Source of the DNA: an uncultured Clostridium sp.
Lineage (GTDB): Bacteria > Bacillota_I > Bacilli_A > RF39 > UBA660
Direction of reading: 5' to 3'
Assembly: GCA_964545285.1 (NCBI GenBank)
Contig: CAZJEW010000003.1
Coordinates: forward strand, 1-46,466
DNA: 46,466 nucleotides
Each line of letters begins with the position of its first letter. The first letter of the stretch is position 1. The translations under genes were made by a program, and so were the position numbers. Below are positions 27,775-37,855 of this stretch, in pieces. The notes under the pieces were generated by a model that saw only the letters and a list, made by a program, of their open reading frames with translations, ran no database searches and was not told the DNA's origin.

Positions 27775-28713
27775 ATGTTAAAATGTGTTGTTATATATAA
27801 TCCAAATAGTGGAAGATTAGCTAATAGAAATGGCCTTAGAAAAATATTCAAAATTCTTGAAAATTACGAATATGAAACAGAGGTTATTTACACACAATAT
27901 AGAGGTCATGCAAAAGAAATAACAAAGAAACTTAAAAATGTTGATTTATTATTATGCGCTGGAGGAGATGGAACTTTAAATGAAGTTATTGCCGGAAATA
28001 TAGAAAGAAAGCATCCGATATTATTAGGACATTTGCCTTTGGGAAGTGTAAATGATGTAGCACACATGTATGGAATGACAGGAAATTCTGCAAGAAATAT
28101 ATTAATGTTGTTAAATGGAATAGATAAAAACATAGATGTTTGTACTATAAATGGGCAACCATTTGTATATGTAGCGTGTTTGGGTTCATTTGTTGATATA
28201 TCATATTCTACTCCAAGAAAACTAAAAGAAAAATATGGAAGATTAGCATATGTTATATATGGAATTCAACAATTAAAAGAACAATTAAAATTTTATAATG
28301 TAAAATATGCTATAGATGGAATAGAATACGAAAGAAGATTTTCATTTATATTTATTACAAATAGTAGCAGAATAAGTGGAGTGGATAATTTAATCCCAGA
28401 TGTAAAATTAGATGATAATAAATTTGAAGTATTAATGATGGATATAAAGAACAAATGGGATATATTTAAAGCCTTATATTATATAAAGAGAAGAGAAATA
28501 AATAATGTACCAGGGTATGTGTATTTAAAGACAGATAACTTAAAAATAGAGTTTGATGAAGTACCACATTCATGGTGTATAGACGGTGATGAATTAGAAC
28601 ATAATCAAAAAATATTTGATATAAGAATAAACAAGAAAAATCATATGTTAATTCCAAGTAGTAAGGTAGACAAGTTATTTGAAGAATCAGAATATGATGA
28701 AGATGAGCTGTAA
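27775..28713 (+). CDS. diacylglycerol kinase-family lipid kinase (DagK/YegS-like)
   Basis: IYNPNSG, GGDGTLNEV, LPLGSVND. Confidence 0.85.
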   Translation: MLKCVVIYNPNSGRLANRNGLRKIFKILENYEYETEVIYTQYRGHAKEITKKLKNVDLLLCAGGDGTLNEVIAGNIERKHPILLGHLPLGSVNDVAHMYGMTGNSARNILMLLNGIDKNIDVCTINGQPFVYVACLGSFVDISYSTPRKLKEKYGRLAYVIYGIQQLKEQLKFYNVKYAIDGIEYERRFSFIFITNSSRISGVDNLIPDVKLDDNKFEVLMMDIKNKWDIFKALYYIKRREINNVPGYVYLKTDNLKIEFDEVPHSWCIDGDELEHNQKIFDIRINKKNHMLIPSSKVDKLFEESEYDEDEL

Positions 28714-28726
28714 TGACTCATCTTTT
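28701..28726 (+). terminator. weak hairpin overlapping the stop codon
   Basis: Stem AGATGAG / CTCATCT with a 9-nt loop, followed by TTT. Short T tail. Confidence 0.35.
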
Positions 28727-28940
28727 AAGTTGCTTGTAAATAATAAAAAGAATAAATTATAATATTAATATGATCATATATAAAAGTCTAATAATACTAG
28801 TCTAGAAAATATTACATAATAAATTTATTTAAAATGTTTTACATAAATACTTCAATTTTTTTAATAAATATTATTTAATATATTGTATTTTTTTTATTTA
28901 ATTTATTATATAATATATTTATATAATAAGGAGATTGGTT

Positions 28941-29897
28941 ATGGAACTTGCTAAAACAATTTTATTACTATTAGTTGGTTTTGTTTTATTAATAAAAGCG
29001 TCTGATATTTTTGTTGATGCTGTTAGCTCTATAGCTACTCATTTTAAAATGTCTAAATTAATGATAGCACTTACTGTTGCTGCTTTTGGAACATGTGCAC
29101 CAGAATTAGCAATATCTTTTAATAGTATTAGCCACGGTCAAGGAGACATAGCACTTTCTAATGTTGTAGGAAGTAATATAGTTAATATCATCCTAATAAT
29201 AGGATTAGCATGTTTAGTTGCACCTATTAAAGTTAAAAATACAGTTATTAAAAAAGAATTGCCAATATTATTAACTATAACATCAATTTTTGCATTAGCA
29301 TTAACTACTCATTATTTAGATAATGATACATTTATATTAACTAGATCTGATGGACTTTTATTCTTTTCTTTCTTTCTAGTTTTTATAGTTTACATAGTAT
29401 CAGTTGTAAAAACAAAAGAAGGATTTTTAGAACGAAGTACAGCAAAATATAATATGCTTTGGAGTATTGTTCTTACCATTGTATGTTGTGTTGTTATTGT
29501 TTTAGCAAGTGATTTAGTTGTTGATAATGCCAAAAATCTTGCTTTAATGGCAAATGTAAGTACAAAACTAATAACTATGACCGTTGTAGTTATTGGTACC
29601 TCTTTACCGGAAATGACAATGACAGTAGTAGCCGCCAAAAAGAATGAATTCGATATTGCGTTAGGCAATATAATTGGAACAAACATATTTAATATTGGAA
29701 TAGTTTTAGGGATACCTTTATTAATATATGGAGGATTTACATCAACACATTTTAATTTGATTGATATACTTGTTGTATTGATTGCTGCATTTGTTTTGTA
29801 TTTTTTCTCAAAAAATGATAAAAGATTATCTAGAAGAGAAGGCATTGTTATGTTGTTAATATTCTTAGCCTATTATACATATGTATTTTTACAATAA
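28941..29897 (+). CDS. CaCA-family Na+/Ca2+ antiporter (YrbG-like)
   Basis: Two alpha-repeats: GTCAPELAIS...SNVVGSNIVNI and GTSLPEMTMT...GNIIGTNIFNI. ATG 28941 lies 7 nt after AAGGAG; the track ORF starts at TTG 28935. Confidence 0.85.
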   Translation: MELAKTILLLLVGFVLLIKASDIFVDAVSSIATHFKMSKLMIALTVAAFGTCAPELAISFNSISHGQGDIALSNVVGSNIVNIILIIGLACLVAPIKVKNTVIKKELPILLTITSIFALALTTHYLDNDTFILTRSDGLLFFSFFLVFIVYIVSVVKTKEGFLERSTAKYNMLWSIVLTIVCCVVIVLASDLVVDNAKNLALMANVSTKLITMTVVVIGTSLPEMTMTVVAAKKNEFDIALGNIIGTNIFNIGIVLGIPLLIYGGFTSTHFNLIDILVVLIAAFVLYFFSKNDKRLSRREGIVMLLIFLAYYTYVFLQ

Positions 29898-29994
29898 AAA
29901 ATTTAGAGTCATAATAATATTTATGACTTTTAAAATGTTGCATAATTTTTAAAAATAAAATATAATTATATAGTATTGTGAAGGAGTATATATT

Positions 29995-30873
29995 ATGAAA
30001 AGAAAATTTGGAGATCGTGTAGATGCTAAAAAAGTAAGAAAAATAGATGGGCTTCATAATATACTGATTGATTTAAAGCCAAGAAGGTGTGACTCGGATG
30101 TATATATTAACGAAAAGGTTAATGTAACTAATTTGGTTGAATTTATTGAAAAGCATAAAATGGATGATAAAAATAATAAATTGACATTTTTTCATGCTTT
30201 TTCAATGGCATTTGCTAAAATTTTTTATGAAAAGCCTTTATTAAATAGATTCATTTGTAATAGAACAACTTATGAAAGAAATGATGTAATACTTGCTTTT
30301 GTTGCAAAAATTGCTTTTGATGATGAGAGTGAAGAAGTTATGATAAACATAAAGACAGATCCTAAAGACAATATATATACTTTAAGAAATAAAATCTCTG
30401 AAAAAGTTTCGAGAATTAGAAATAATAAGACTGATAAAAAAGAAAATACAAATGATATTGTTGATAAAATAGGAAGACTTCCTAAATTTTTTAGAGTGCC
30501 TGTAGTTGGTATGTATAAATGGTTAGATCAAAAGGGTCTATTACCATTATCTATGATGGAAGATAATATTTATTATAGTAGTGCTATTCTTTCAAATTTG
30601 GGAAATTTGAAAATTGGTTCTATATATCACAATATAACTAATTTTGGAACAAGTTCAATTATTGTGACTATTGGTCAAATACATAAAGAGAAGATAGTGG
30701 ATAAAGATGGAAAAGAATTCATTGCAGATGTATGTGATTTTGGAGTAAATTGTGATGAGAGAATATCTGATGGATATTATTTTGCTAAAGCTGTGAGATT
30801 ATTTTCATACCTTTTAGAAAATCCAAAACTATTAGAGGAGACTTTAGATGAAAGAGTCAAAATTGAAGAATAA
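29995..30873 (+). CDS. 2-oxoacid dehydrogenase E2 / CAT-type acyltransferase catalytic-domain protein (stand-alone, no lipoyl domain)
   Basis: The C-terminal motif CDERISDGYYFAKA aligns with the DHRxxDG active-site motif, but Glu (GAG 30757-30759) sits at the His position. Confidence 0.6.
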   Translation: MKRKFGDRVDAKKVRKIDGLHNILIDLKPRRCDSDVYINEKVNVTNLVEFIEKHKMDDKNNKLTFFHAFSMAFAKIFYEKPLLNRFICNRTTYERNDVILAFVAKIAFDDESEEVMINIKTDPKDNIYTLRNKISEKVSRIRNNKTDKKENTNDIVDKIGRLPKFFRVPVVGMYKWLDQKGLLPLSMMEDNIYYSSAILSNLGNLKIGSIYHNITNFGTSSIIVTIGQIHKEKIVDKDGKEFIADVCDFGVNCDERISDGYYFAKAVRLFSYLLENPKLLEETLDERVKIEE

Positions 30874-32716
30874 GGAATTGACTAAAGAAGAAAAAAAGGG
30901 AATTAAAGAACAAGAAAGAAAAGAAAAACTTGAAAAAAGGAATATTTTTAAAAAAGAAAGAATAGATAAAAGAAACAAAGAAAGACAATTAAAAAGAATA
31001 AAAAAGGATAATAAAAAAGGTAATATAAATAGACCATGGATAAAATTTTATAAAGAAGGTGTTCCAGCTAATCTTGTATATCCACAAGGTTCAATGGTTG
31101 GATATCTTTTAGAGTCAGTTGCAAGACATCCTGACTTTACAGCTTTTGAGTATTATGGTGCTACATGTAATTTTAGAAATCTATATGAAAAAATAAAAGA
31201 TACAGCGAAATCATTAAAATCTCAAGGAATAGGAGAAGGAGACAAAGTAGCTATTTGTATGCCAAATACACCACAAGCTGTTATAATGTTTTATGCTGTT
31301 AATATGGTGGGTGCTATTGCAGCAATGATTCATCCTTTGTCAGCAGAAAATGAAATTGAACATTATATAAATGAGTCTCATTCAACATTTTTATTAACAT
31401 TGGATTTAGTTTATGATAAGATTCATAACATAGTTGACAACACATGCATTACTAAAATAGTAGTAGCTTCAGTAGGAGACAATTTAAAACCGATAAAAAA
31501 ATTCTTATATAAGTTTAAAAGTAGAGGAACAGTACCCAAAATAGAATTAACTGATAATATAATGACATGGAAAGAATTTTTAAATTATGGTTATGATTAT
31601 GAAGGAGAAATTACTTGTTTAAAATCGGCAAACGATCCTGCTGTAATATTATTTAGTGGTGGAACAAGCGGAGATCCTAAAGGAATATTACTATCAAATT
31701 TAAATTTTAATGCTTTGGCACTTCAATCACATTTGATGTGTGATCCATCTGATGCAGGAGATTCAATTTTGGCAATACTTCCTATATTTCATGGTTTCGG
31801 ATTAGGTGTTTGCATTCATACGACTTTGTGCTGTGGTATGAAAGTAATATTAATACCTGATTTTTCACCTAAAAAGTTTGTTAAATTAGTAAAAAAGCAC
31901 AAACCAAGTTTTATTTGTGCCGTTCCATCATTATTTGAATCGCTTACAAAAGCACAATTAGGAAAGAAAGATTTGATTTCTCTTAAATGTGTTGTAAGTG
32001 GTGGAGACTTTATGTCTAAAGCCTTAAAAGATAAAGTTGATGAATGTTTAAAAGAACATGGATCTCAAGCAAAGGTTAGAGTAGGATATGGTTTAACTGA
32101 AGCAAGCGCAGCAACTTGTTTAACTCCAAGCGATGAATATAGAGATGGTTCTATCGGAATACCTTTCCCAGATACATATTACAAAATAGTAAAAATAGGG
32201 ACACATGATGAATCGCCAAATATGGAAGATGGCGAAATATGCATTAGTGGTCCAACAATTATGATGGGATATTTAAATAGTTTATCTGAAACTATGCAAA
32301 CACTACAAATACATGATGACGGAAAAGTGTGGTTACATACTGGAGATGTTGGATGTATGGATGAAGATGGTTTTGTATATTTCAAACAAAGAATCAAAAG
32401 AGTAATAATTTCCAATGGATATAATTTATATCCAAGTTATATAGAAACAGTGCTTAATAGTCATCCATATGTATTTACTAGTACTGTCATTGGAATTCCC
32501 CACCCTAGAAAGATGCAGGTTGCAAAAGCATTTGTTGTTCTTAAAGAAGGAATTACTCCATCAAGGGAAGTAGAAAAAGAATTAAAAAGATATTGTGAAA
32601 AAAATCTAGCTAAATATTCCTTACCATCAGTATATGAATTTAGAGATAATCTTCCAACTACTTTAGTTGGAAAAGTTGCATATAGAAAATTAGAAAATGG
32701 CACACAAGATAAGTGA
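30848..32716 (+). CDS. AMP-dependent acyl-CoA synthetase/ligase with a ~60-aa Lys/Glu-rich N-terminal extension
   Basis: FSGGTSGDPKG (AMP-binding P-loop), GYGLTE, HTGDVG, GKVAYRKL. GAGGAG lies 7 nt upstream of ATG 30848. Overlaps the upstream gene by 26 nt. Confidence 0.85.
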   Translation: MKESKLKNKELTKEEKKGIKEQERKEKLEKRNIFKKERIDKRNKERQLKRIKKDNKKGNINRPWIKFYKEGVPANLVYPQGSMVGYLLESVARHPDFTAFEYYGATCNFRNLYEKIKDTAKSLKSQGIGEGDKVAICMPNTPQAVIMFYAVNMVGAIAAMIHPLSAENEIEHYINESHSTFLLTLDLVYDKIHNIVDNTCITKIVVASVGDNLKPIKKFLYKFKSRGTVPKIELTDNIMTWKEFLNYGYDYEGEITCLKSANDPAVILFSGGTSGDPKGILLSNLNFNALALQSHLMCDPSDAGDSILAILPIFHGFGLGVCIHTTLCCGMKVILIPDFSPKKFVKLVKKHKPSFICAVPSLFESLTKAQLGKKDLISLKCVVSGGDFMSKALKDKVDECLKEHGSQAKVRVGYGLTEASAATCLTPSDEYRDGSIGIPFPDTYYKIVKIGTHDESPNMEDGEICISGPTIMMGYLNSLSETMQTLQIHDDGKVWLHTGDVGCMDEDGFVYFKQRIKRVIISNGYNLYPSYIETVLNSHPYVFTSTVIGIPHPRKMQVAKAFVVLKEGITPSREVEKELKRYCEKNLAKYSLPSVYEFRDNLPTTLVGKVAYRKLENGTQDK

Positions 32717-32740
32717 AACGTGTGTAAAAAAGGAGAAAAT

Positions 32741-34135
32741 ATGAAAGACTATGACGTTGTAATTGTAGGAGCGGGTCCTGCTGGATTATTTTGTGCATAT
32801 GAATTAATCGAAAACAATTCTAAACTTAAAATTGCATTAATTGATAAGGGAGTGAGAGCCGAAAATAGATTATGTCCTATGAAAATTAATGGCGGAAAGT
32901 GTATGAATTGTCAACCTTGTAAAATATTATCTGGTTTTGGTGGTGCTGGAACATTTTCAGATGGTAAGCTTAATTTTATTCCTAAACTTGGTAAAAGTGA
33001 TTTATTTAAATATATGTCTCAAAGTGAAGCATATAAATTAATAGACGATACAGAATCTATTTTTACACATTTTAAGATGGATAGTGAAATATATCCATCT
33101 AATATGGATGAAGCAAAAAAAATAAGTAAAGAAGTAGCTAAGAATGGTGGTAGACTTCTATTAATAAAACAAAAACATTTAGGTAGTGATAAATTGCCTA
33201 ATTATATTAAAGGGTTCACAGATTATTTAGAGAAGAAGGGTGTGGATATATTACCTGGGTGTGATGTAACCGATATTAAGTCTATATCAAAATCTGAACA
33301 TGAAGTAATTTACGAAAATAATAAAAAAGAATTTACAGTAAAAACTAAAAAAGTAGTTGTTGGTCCTGGACGAACTGGTGCTAAATGGATACAAGAACTT
33401 GCTGATAAATATAGTATTCCATATACATCACAGAGTATTGAAATTGGTGTAAGAGTTGAGGTAAGAAAAGAAATATTAGAAGATATTACAAACGTAATAT
33501 ACGATCCTACTATCTTTATTAAAACAGATACTTATACTGATGAGATAAGAACATTTTGTACTAATCCGGGAGGATTTGTAGCAAAAGAAAATTATTATGG
33601 ATTTATATGCGTTAATGGTCACTCATTAAAAGACATTAAATCTAACAATTCGAATTTTGCGTTTATATCAAAAGTAGGTCTTACTGAGCCTGCTACTAAT
33701 ACTAGGCTTTATGGTGAAAGTATTGCTAGAATAGCAAATGTTCTTGGTAATGGGAAACCAATTATACAAACTCTTAGAGATTTAAAAAAAGGAAGACGCA
33801 GTGAGTGGAAAAGAATAGATAAAGGATTTATAGAGCCTACATTAAAAGATTGTGTTGCTGGTGATTTAGCATTGATTCTTCCTCATAGAATAATTACAAA
33901 TATTTTAGAAGGACTTGAAAAATTAGATAAAATAATACCTGGTGTTAATAATGATGAAACATTATTATATGGCCCAGAAATTAAATTCTTTAGTAATGAA
34001 ATAACAACTGATAATAAATTTAAATTAGAAAAATATGATATTTATTTTGTAGGTGATGGAGCGGGAAAAGCAGGCAATATTGTTACTGCCGCTGCTACTG
34101 GATTAGTTGCTGCTCGAGATATTCTTGAAAAATAG
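32741..34135 (+). CDS. FAD-dependent oxidoreductase (COG2509-like)
   Basis: DVVIVGAGPAGLF dinucleotide-binding motif and C-terminal VGDGAGKAGNI. ATG 32741 follows AAGGAG; the track ORF starts at 32720. Confidence 0.75.
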   Translation: MKDYDVVIVGAGPAGLFCAYELIENNSKLKIALIDKGVRAENRLCPMKINGGKCMNCQPCKILSGFGGAGTFSDGKLNFIPKLGKSDLFKYMSQSEAYKLIDDTESIFTHFKMDSEIYPSNMDEAKKISKEVAKNGGRLLLIKQKHLGSDKLPNYIKGFTDYLEKKGVDILPGCDVTDIKSISKSEHEVIYENNKKEFTVKTKKVVVGPGRTGAKWIQELADKYSIPYTSQSIEIGVRVEVRKEILEDITNVIYDPTIFIKTDTYTDEIRTFCTNPGGFVAKENYYGFICVNGHSLKDIKSNNSNFAFISKVGLTEPATNTRLYGESIARIANVLGNGKPIIQTLRDLKKGRRSEWKRIDKGFIEPTLKDCVAGDLALILPHRIITNILEGLEKLDKIIPGVNNDETLLYGPEIKFFSNEITTDNKFKLEKYDIYFVGDGAGKAGNIVTAAATGLVAARDILEK

Positions 34136-34172
34136 GAAAAAGTATAGTATATTAATAATAGGGAAGTGTGAT

Positions 34173-35768
34173 ATGAAAAAAGAAAACATAAAAGTTAAAA
34201 AGGTTGAAAAGATACCTTGTAAAGTTAATAAAATCAATAGAATTTCGAAAAAAGAAGAAAAAGTTATTGAAACTGAAACTGCTATTGAGCCATTGGTAAA
34301 AACTGAAAAGAAGAAAAAAAAGTGCAATTTAATATGGTTTATTGCATTATCTTTGATTTTATATTTATTTATAATGAATGTATCTAATCTAGTAGCGATT
34401 ATTATGCAATATACCCCAGATGAAATAAATGCAATGACTTTCATTGTAATGATTCCGTTAATAATATTACTTATTATTGGTTTTAAAAAAGTTAATATTT
34501 TAAAGGACTCAAATTGTAACTTATCTAAATCATTACTGGAAGGTTGGCTAATGATATTAATATCCATATCAATTTATGTATTAGATTTAGTAGCAAATCA
34601 TAAAATGGGATTAACTCTTAATTCTAGTTATGTTCCATCATTAATAATTTGTTATATGTCTGTGGGATTTTGCGAAGAATTTTTATTTAGAGGCCTTATT
34701 CAAAATGCTATTGTTGATAAAATTGGAAAAGATCATAAAAGCGTTATTAAAGCTATAGTAATATCATCTGTTATATTTGGTGCATTTCATGCAATTAATG
34801 CTTTTTCAAATCCAAGTATCTTTTCTGTTATTATACAAATGATGGGAGCAACCGCAATTGGATATTATTTAGGAATTTTATATTATAAGACTAAAAATAT
34901 ATATGCAGTCGCAATATTACACGGATTTTATGATATTTGTGCAACTGTAGGAACACTATATTATTATGATTGTATTACTAACACACAAGAATATTCATTA
35001 TTATCATTGGTAATAGCAATTATATTATTATTACCTGCAATAGGATATTCAATGAAAGGTAATTTAAATGATATTCTTCCTAAAAAAGAAAAATTAACTG
35101 AAGATTATCTAGTTGATTATGATACTAAATCTACAATATTAACTATTTCTTCTGTAATAATTCTTGCATTATTAATAGGATTTGTATTTATGGCCACACT
35201 TGGTTACACAAAAGATACTGCTATTAATGACTATAATTGTACATTTTATAATGAAGTAGAGTTACAAAATTATGAGTATACATATCAATTATATAATAAT
35301 TATTATATGTCATTTTATAAAGATAAGACAACGGATTATGAAGATTCATTTATTTATGAACAAAAGGAATTAAATATATTAATTAGTATTGAAACAAAAG
35401 ATTTTAAAAATATTTTGAGAGTAAGTGATAGTGCTGGTAACTCAAAAGATATTTCATTTGACGAATCTGATATTTATTCATTTGCATTAATTGAAAATAA
35501 TGGAATATATAATATATTTGTTTTAGCAGGTAATCCTTTTGAAGATAATTATGTCGTATATTCTTCAACATATTTATCAGAAAATACTGTGTTTTATAAA
35601 AATTTCTTAAATCAATTATCCGAATCATTTGTAAAATTAAGTATTAATTCACCATTAAACATAGGATATTTGACATTAGAAGGAAGCAATTATAAATATC
35701 CGGCTGTTAAAGATGAAAACTTTAATTATTATTATAAAGATGAAAAAGGAATTTTGTATAAATATTAA
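34173..35768 (+). CDS. CPBP (CAAX-type) intramembrane metalloprotease with a long C-terminal extension
   Basis: EEFLFRG, FGAFH, HGFYD motifs, then an additional TM and a ~190-aa Tyr/Asn-rich extracytoplasmic domain. ATG 34173 (MKKEN) is the likelier start than 34107. Confidence 0.75.
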   Translation: MKKENIKVKKVEKIPCKVNKINRISKKEEKVIETETAIEPLVKTEKKKKKCNLIWFIALSLILYLFIMNVSNLVAIIMQYTPDEINAMTFIVMIPLIILLIIGFKKVNILKDSNCNLSKSLLEGWLMILISISIYVLDLVANHKMGLTLNSSYVPSLIICYMSVGFCEEFLFRGLIQNAIVDKIGKDHKSVIKAIVISSVIFGAFHAINAFSNPSIFSVIIQMMGATAIGYYLGILYYKTKNIYAVAILHGFYDICATVGTLYYYDCITNTQEYSLLSLVIAIILLLPAIGYSMKGNLNDILPKKEKLTEDYLVDYDTKSTILTISSVIILALLIGFVFMATLGYTKDTAINDYNCTFYNEVELQNYEYTYQLYNNYYMSFYKDKTTDYEDSFIYEQKELNILISIETKDFKNILRVSDSAGNSKDISFDESDIYSFALIENNGIYNIFVLAGNPFEDNYVVYSSTYLSENTVFYKNFLNQLSESFVKLSINSPLNIGYLTLEGSNYKYPAVKDENFNYYYKDEKGILYKY

Positions 35769-35774
35769 GACTGT

Positions 35775-35800
35775 AAAGTACATGTTAAAATGTACTTTTT
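35775..35800 (+). terminator. rho-independent terminator
   Basis: Stem AAAGTACAT / ATGTACTTT, 6-nt loop, short T run. Confidence 0.6.
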
Positions 35801-35803
35801 ATA

Positions 35804-35812
35804 TGTTAAAAT
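35804..35812 (+). promoter_or_regulatory. extended -10 element TGTTAAAAT upstream of murD
   Basis: Part of the 15-nt string ATATGTTAAAATATT that recurs at 37844-37858. Confidence 0.4.
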
Positions 35813-35839
35813 ATTATATAATTATTATGGAGGTTTATT

Positions 35840-37177
35840 ATGTTTGAAAATAAAAAAATATTTATATTGGGTATGGCTAGAAGTGGTTATGAAGCTGCTA
35901 AAGTATTGTCAAAAAGAAATAATACAATTGTATTAAATGATAAAAATGAAAATCAAGATAAAGAGCATATTAAAGAATTAGAAAAGCTTGGAGTAAAAGT
36001 AATATTAGGATCTCATCCTGATGATATTTTTGATGATAGTTTTGATTATTTAATTAAAAATCCTGGTGTGCATTTTGATCACAAATATCTCGAATATGCA
36101 ACTAAACATAATATTAAAATAATTAATGAGATAGAAATGGCATATCATTTACTTCCTAAAGGGGTTAAAATAATTGGTATAACAGGTACTAATGGTAAAA
36201 CTACCACAACATCAATAACATATGAAATAGTAAATGAGTACTATCATTCTAGAACTCATTTAGCAGGTAATATAGGTTTCCCTTTATGTGAAGTGTTAGA
36301 AAACGTTAAAGAAAATGATATCATTGTTATGGAAATTGGAGTCCCTCAACTTCATGATTTTTACGATTTTAAACCTGATATTGCAGTGTTAACTAATATA
36401 TTTGAAGCACACTTAGATATGTTTGGTACTAGAGAATATTACAATGAAAATAAACTTAGAATATTTATGAATCATGATGAAAGTAATATTGCAATTATTA
36501 ATAAAGGTAATGAAGATGCATATAGAATAACTAAAAATATTAAAAGTACAAAAAAGTATTTTTCAAGCAAAGAAATAATTAATGGTTGTTACTTAAATGA
36601 TAACAATATATATTACTATGATGAATTAATAATTAATACTAAAGATATTAAATTGCAAGGTGTTCATAATTATGAGAATATTATGTGCGCTATAATGGTT
36701 GCTAAAGAATTAGATATACCAACTGATATAATTGTAAAAGTTATTAAAGAATTCAGCGGAGTTGAACATAGAATAGAATATACTAGGTCATTAAATGGAG
36801 TTGATTATTATAATGATTCTAAAGCAACTAATATTAAAGCTACACAAACTGCATTAAGTGCATTTAAAAGACCAGTAATCTTATTATTAGGTGGTTTGGA
36901 AAGAACTCAAAATTTCTTGGATTTAAAAGATTATTTGAAATACACTAAATTAGTAATTTGTTATGGTGAGTGTAAGGAACGAATAGTTAAAGAAATGAAA
37001 GAATTAAGCATTAAAACAATAGAAACAAATACTCTTAAAGAAGCAATACTTATTGCGAAAGATAATAGTGAAAATAAAGATATCGTTTTATTAAGCCCTG
37101 GTAGTGCATCATGGGATCAATATGAAAGTTTTGAAGTTAGAGGGAAAGAATTTAAGGATATTGTTAACAATTTATAA
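35840..37177 (+). CDS. murD: UDP-N-acetylmuramoylalanine--D-glutamate ligase
   Basis: N-terminal Rossmann motif GMARSGYEAAK, the GITGTNGKTTT P-loop, Mur ligase middle and C domains (HRIE, NDSKATN), and ~445-aa length. Confidence 0.85.
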   Translation: MFENKKIFILGMARSGYEAAKVLSKRNNTIVLNDKNENQDKEHIKELEKLGVKVILGSHPDDIFDDSFDYLIKNPGVHFDHKYLEYATKHNIKIINEIEMAYHLLPKGVKIIGITGTNGKTTTTSITYEIVNEYYHSRTHLAGNIGFPLCEVLENVKENDIIVMEIGVPQLHDFYDFKPDIAVLTNIFEAHLDMFGTREYYNENKLRIFMNHDESNIAIINKGNEDAYRITKNIKSTKKYFSSKEIINGCYLNDNNIYYYDELIINTKDIKLQGVHNYENIMCAIMVAKELDIPTDIIVKVIKEFSGVEHRIEYTRSLNGVDYYNDSKATNIKATQTALSAFKRPVILLLGGLERTQNFLDLKDYLKYTKLVICYGECKERIVKEMKELSIKTIETNTLKEAILIAKDNSENKDIVLLSPGSASWDQYESFEVRGKEFKDIVNNL

Positions 37178-37770
37178 TGATAAATTATTTACATTTAATT
37201 TCCAGTAATAAAAATATATATAAGGATTATGTAACTAGATTTATATATAATTATTATAAATATAATAATATTAATTATACATATGCCAATATATATGATC
37301 TTATTTTTAATACCACCGAAAGTAAGGAAGTAATAAATATTAAAAGAAGTCTTGATTACGTTATTGAGATATTATTAAAAGATATAGATACTCCTTTAAC
37401 AATAGGATTTATAGATAAGTTATATGAATTATTATGCAATAAAAAAACTAAATATAACAAACTAATGGTTTTCTTTGTTAACAATTATGATAATAGTAGT
37501 GAAGAATTATATTATAAAGTTTCAAAATATAATATTAAGTTTTCTATTATAAATAATTATAAAGAATATAATATTCTGATTGGATTTTTGTTAATGGATT
37601 ATATTTTATTAAAAAATTATAATGCACCAGTAATAATTCCATACAATAAAATAAATGAATATTTAGATTATATTAAAAAAGAAGATATTGAGGGCTTAAA
37701 ATTATTTATAAAATCTTTATCTATTGATGAAAAAGGAAGAATGGAAAAACTATATAAATTAAGTTCTTAG
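37177..37770 (+). CDS. hypothetical protein, translationally coupled to murD
   Basis: TAATG overlap with the murD stop. Tyr/Asn/Lys-rich with no motif recognised. Any Fic-like resemblance is weak and the HxFxxGNG motif is absent. Confidence 0.5.
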   Translation: MINYLHLISSNKNIYKDYVTRFIYNYYKYNNINYTYANIYDLIFNTTESKEVINIKRSLDYVIEILLKDIDTPLTIGFIDKLYELLCNKKTKYNKLMVFFVNNYDNSSEELYYKVSKYNIKFSIINNYKEYNILIGFLLMDYILLKNYNAPVIIPYNKINEYLDYIKKEDIEGLKLFIKSLSIDEKGRMEKLYKLSS

Positions 37771-37784
37771 AAAATATATATAAT

Positions 37785-37818
37785 AGAATCAGTTATTAAC
37801 AATTTGATTCTTTTTTTA
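37785..37818 (+). terminator. rho-independent terminator
   Basis: Stem AGAATCA / TGATTCT, 13-nt loop, T7 run. Confidence 0.55.
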
Positions 37819-37846
37819 TTTTTATGTTTTAAAAACACTTAATATA

Positions 37847-37855
37847 TGTTAAAAT
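37847..37855 (+). promoter_or_regulatory. extended -10 element TGTTAAAAT upstream of parA
   Basis: Same ATATGTTAAAATATT string as at 35801-35815, about 28 nt upstream of the ATG. Confidence 0.4.

Noticed and set aside
28714-28940. Long AT-rich intergenic region upstream of the CaCA antiporter as a possible riboswitch or sRNA
   Set aside because: The sequence is almost pure A/T with no G/C-containing helices or conserved riboswitch cores that I could recognise. It more likely holds only a promoter and spacer.
1347-35628. Other short antisense or embedded track ORFs: 1347-1550(-), 1826-2035(+), 5265-5522(-), 5389-5601(-), 12602-12817(-), 14286-14498(-), 23177-23410(+), 27906-28133(-), 28466-28657(-), 29390-29845(-), 29848-30057(-), 32179-32415(-), 32461-32703(-), 34103-34567(-), 35404-35628(-). 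Beyond this span: 39086-39268(-), 43886-44104(-), 44673-44942(-).
   Set aside because: Each lies inside, and antisense to, a longer ORF with clear family motifs. They are Ile/Phe/Leu/Ser-rich low-complexity products typical of stop-poor frames, and none has a convincing RBS.
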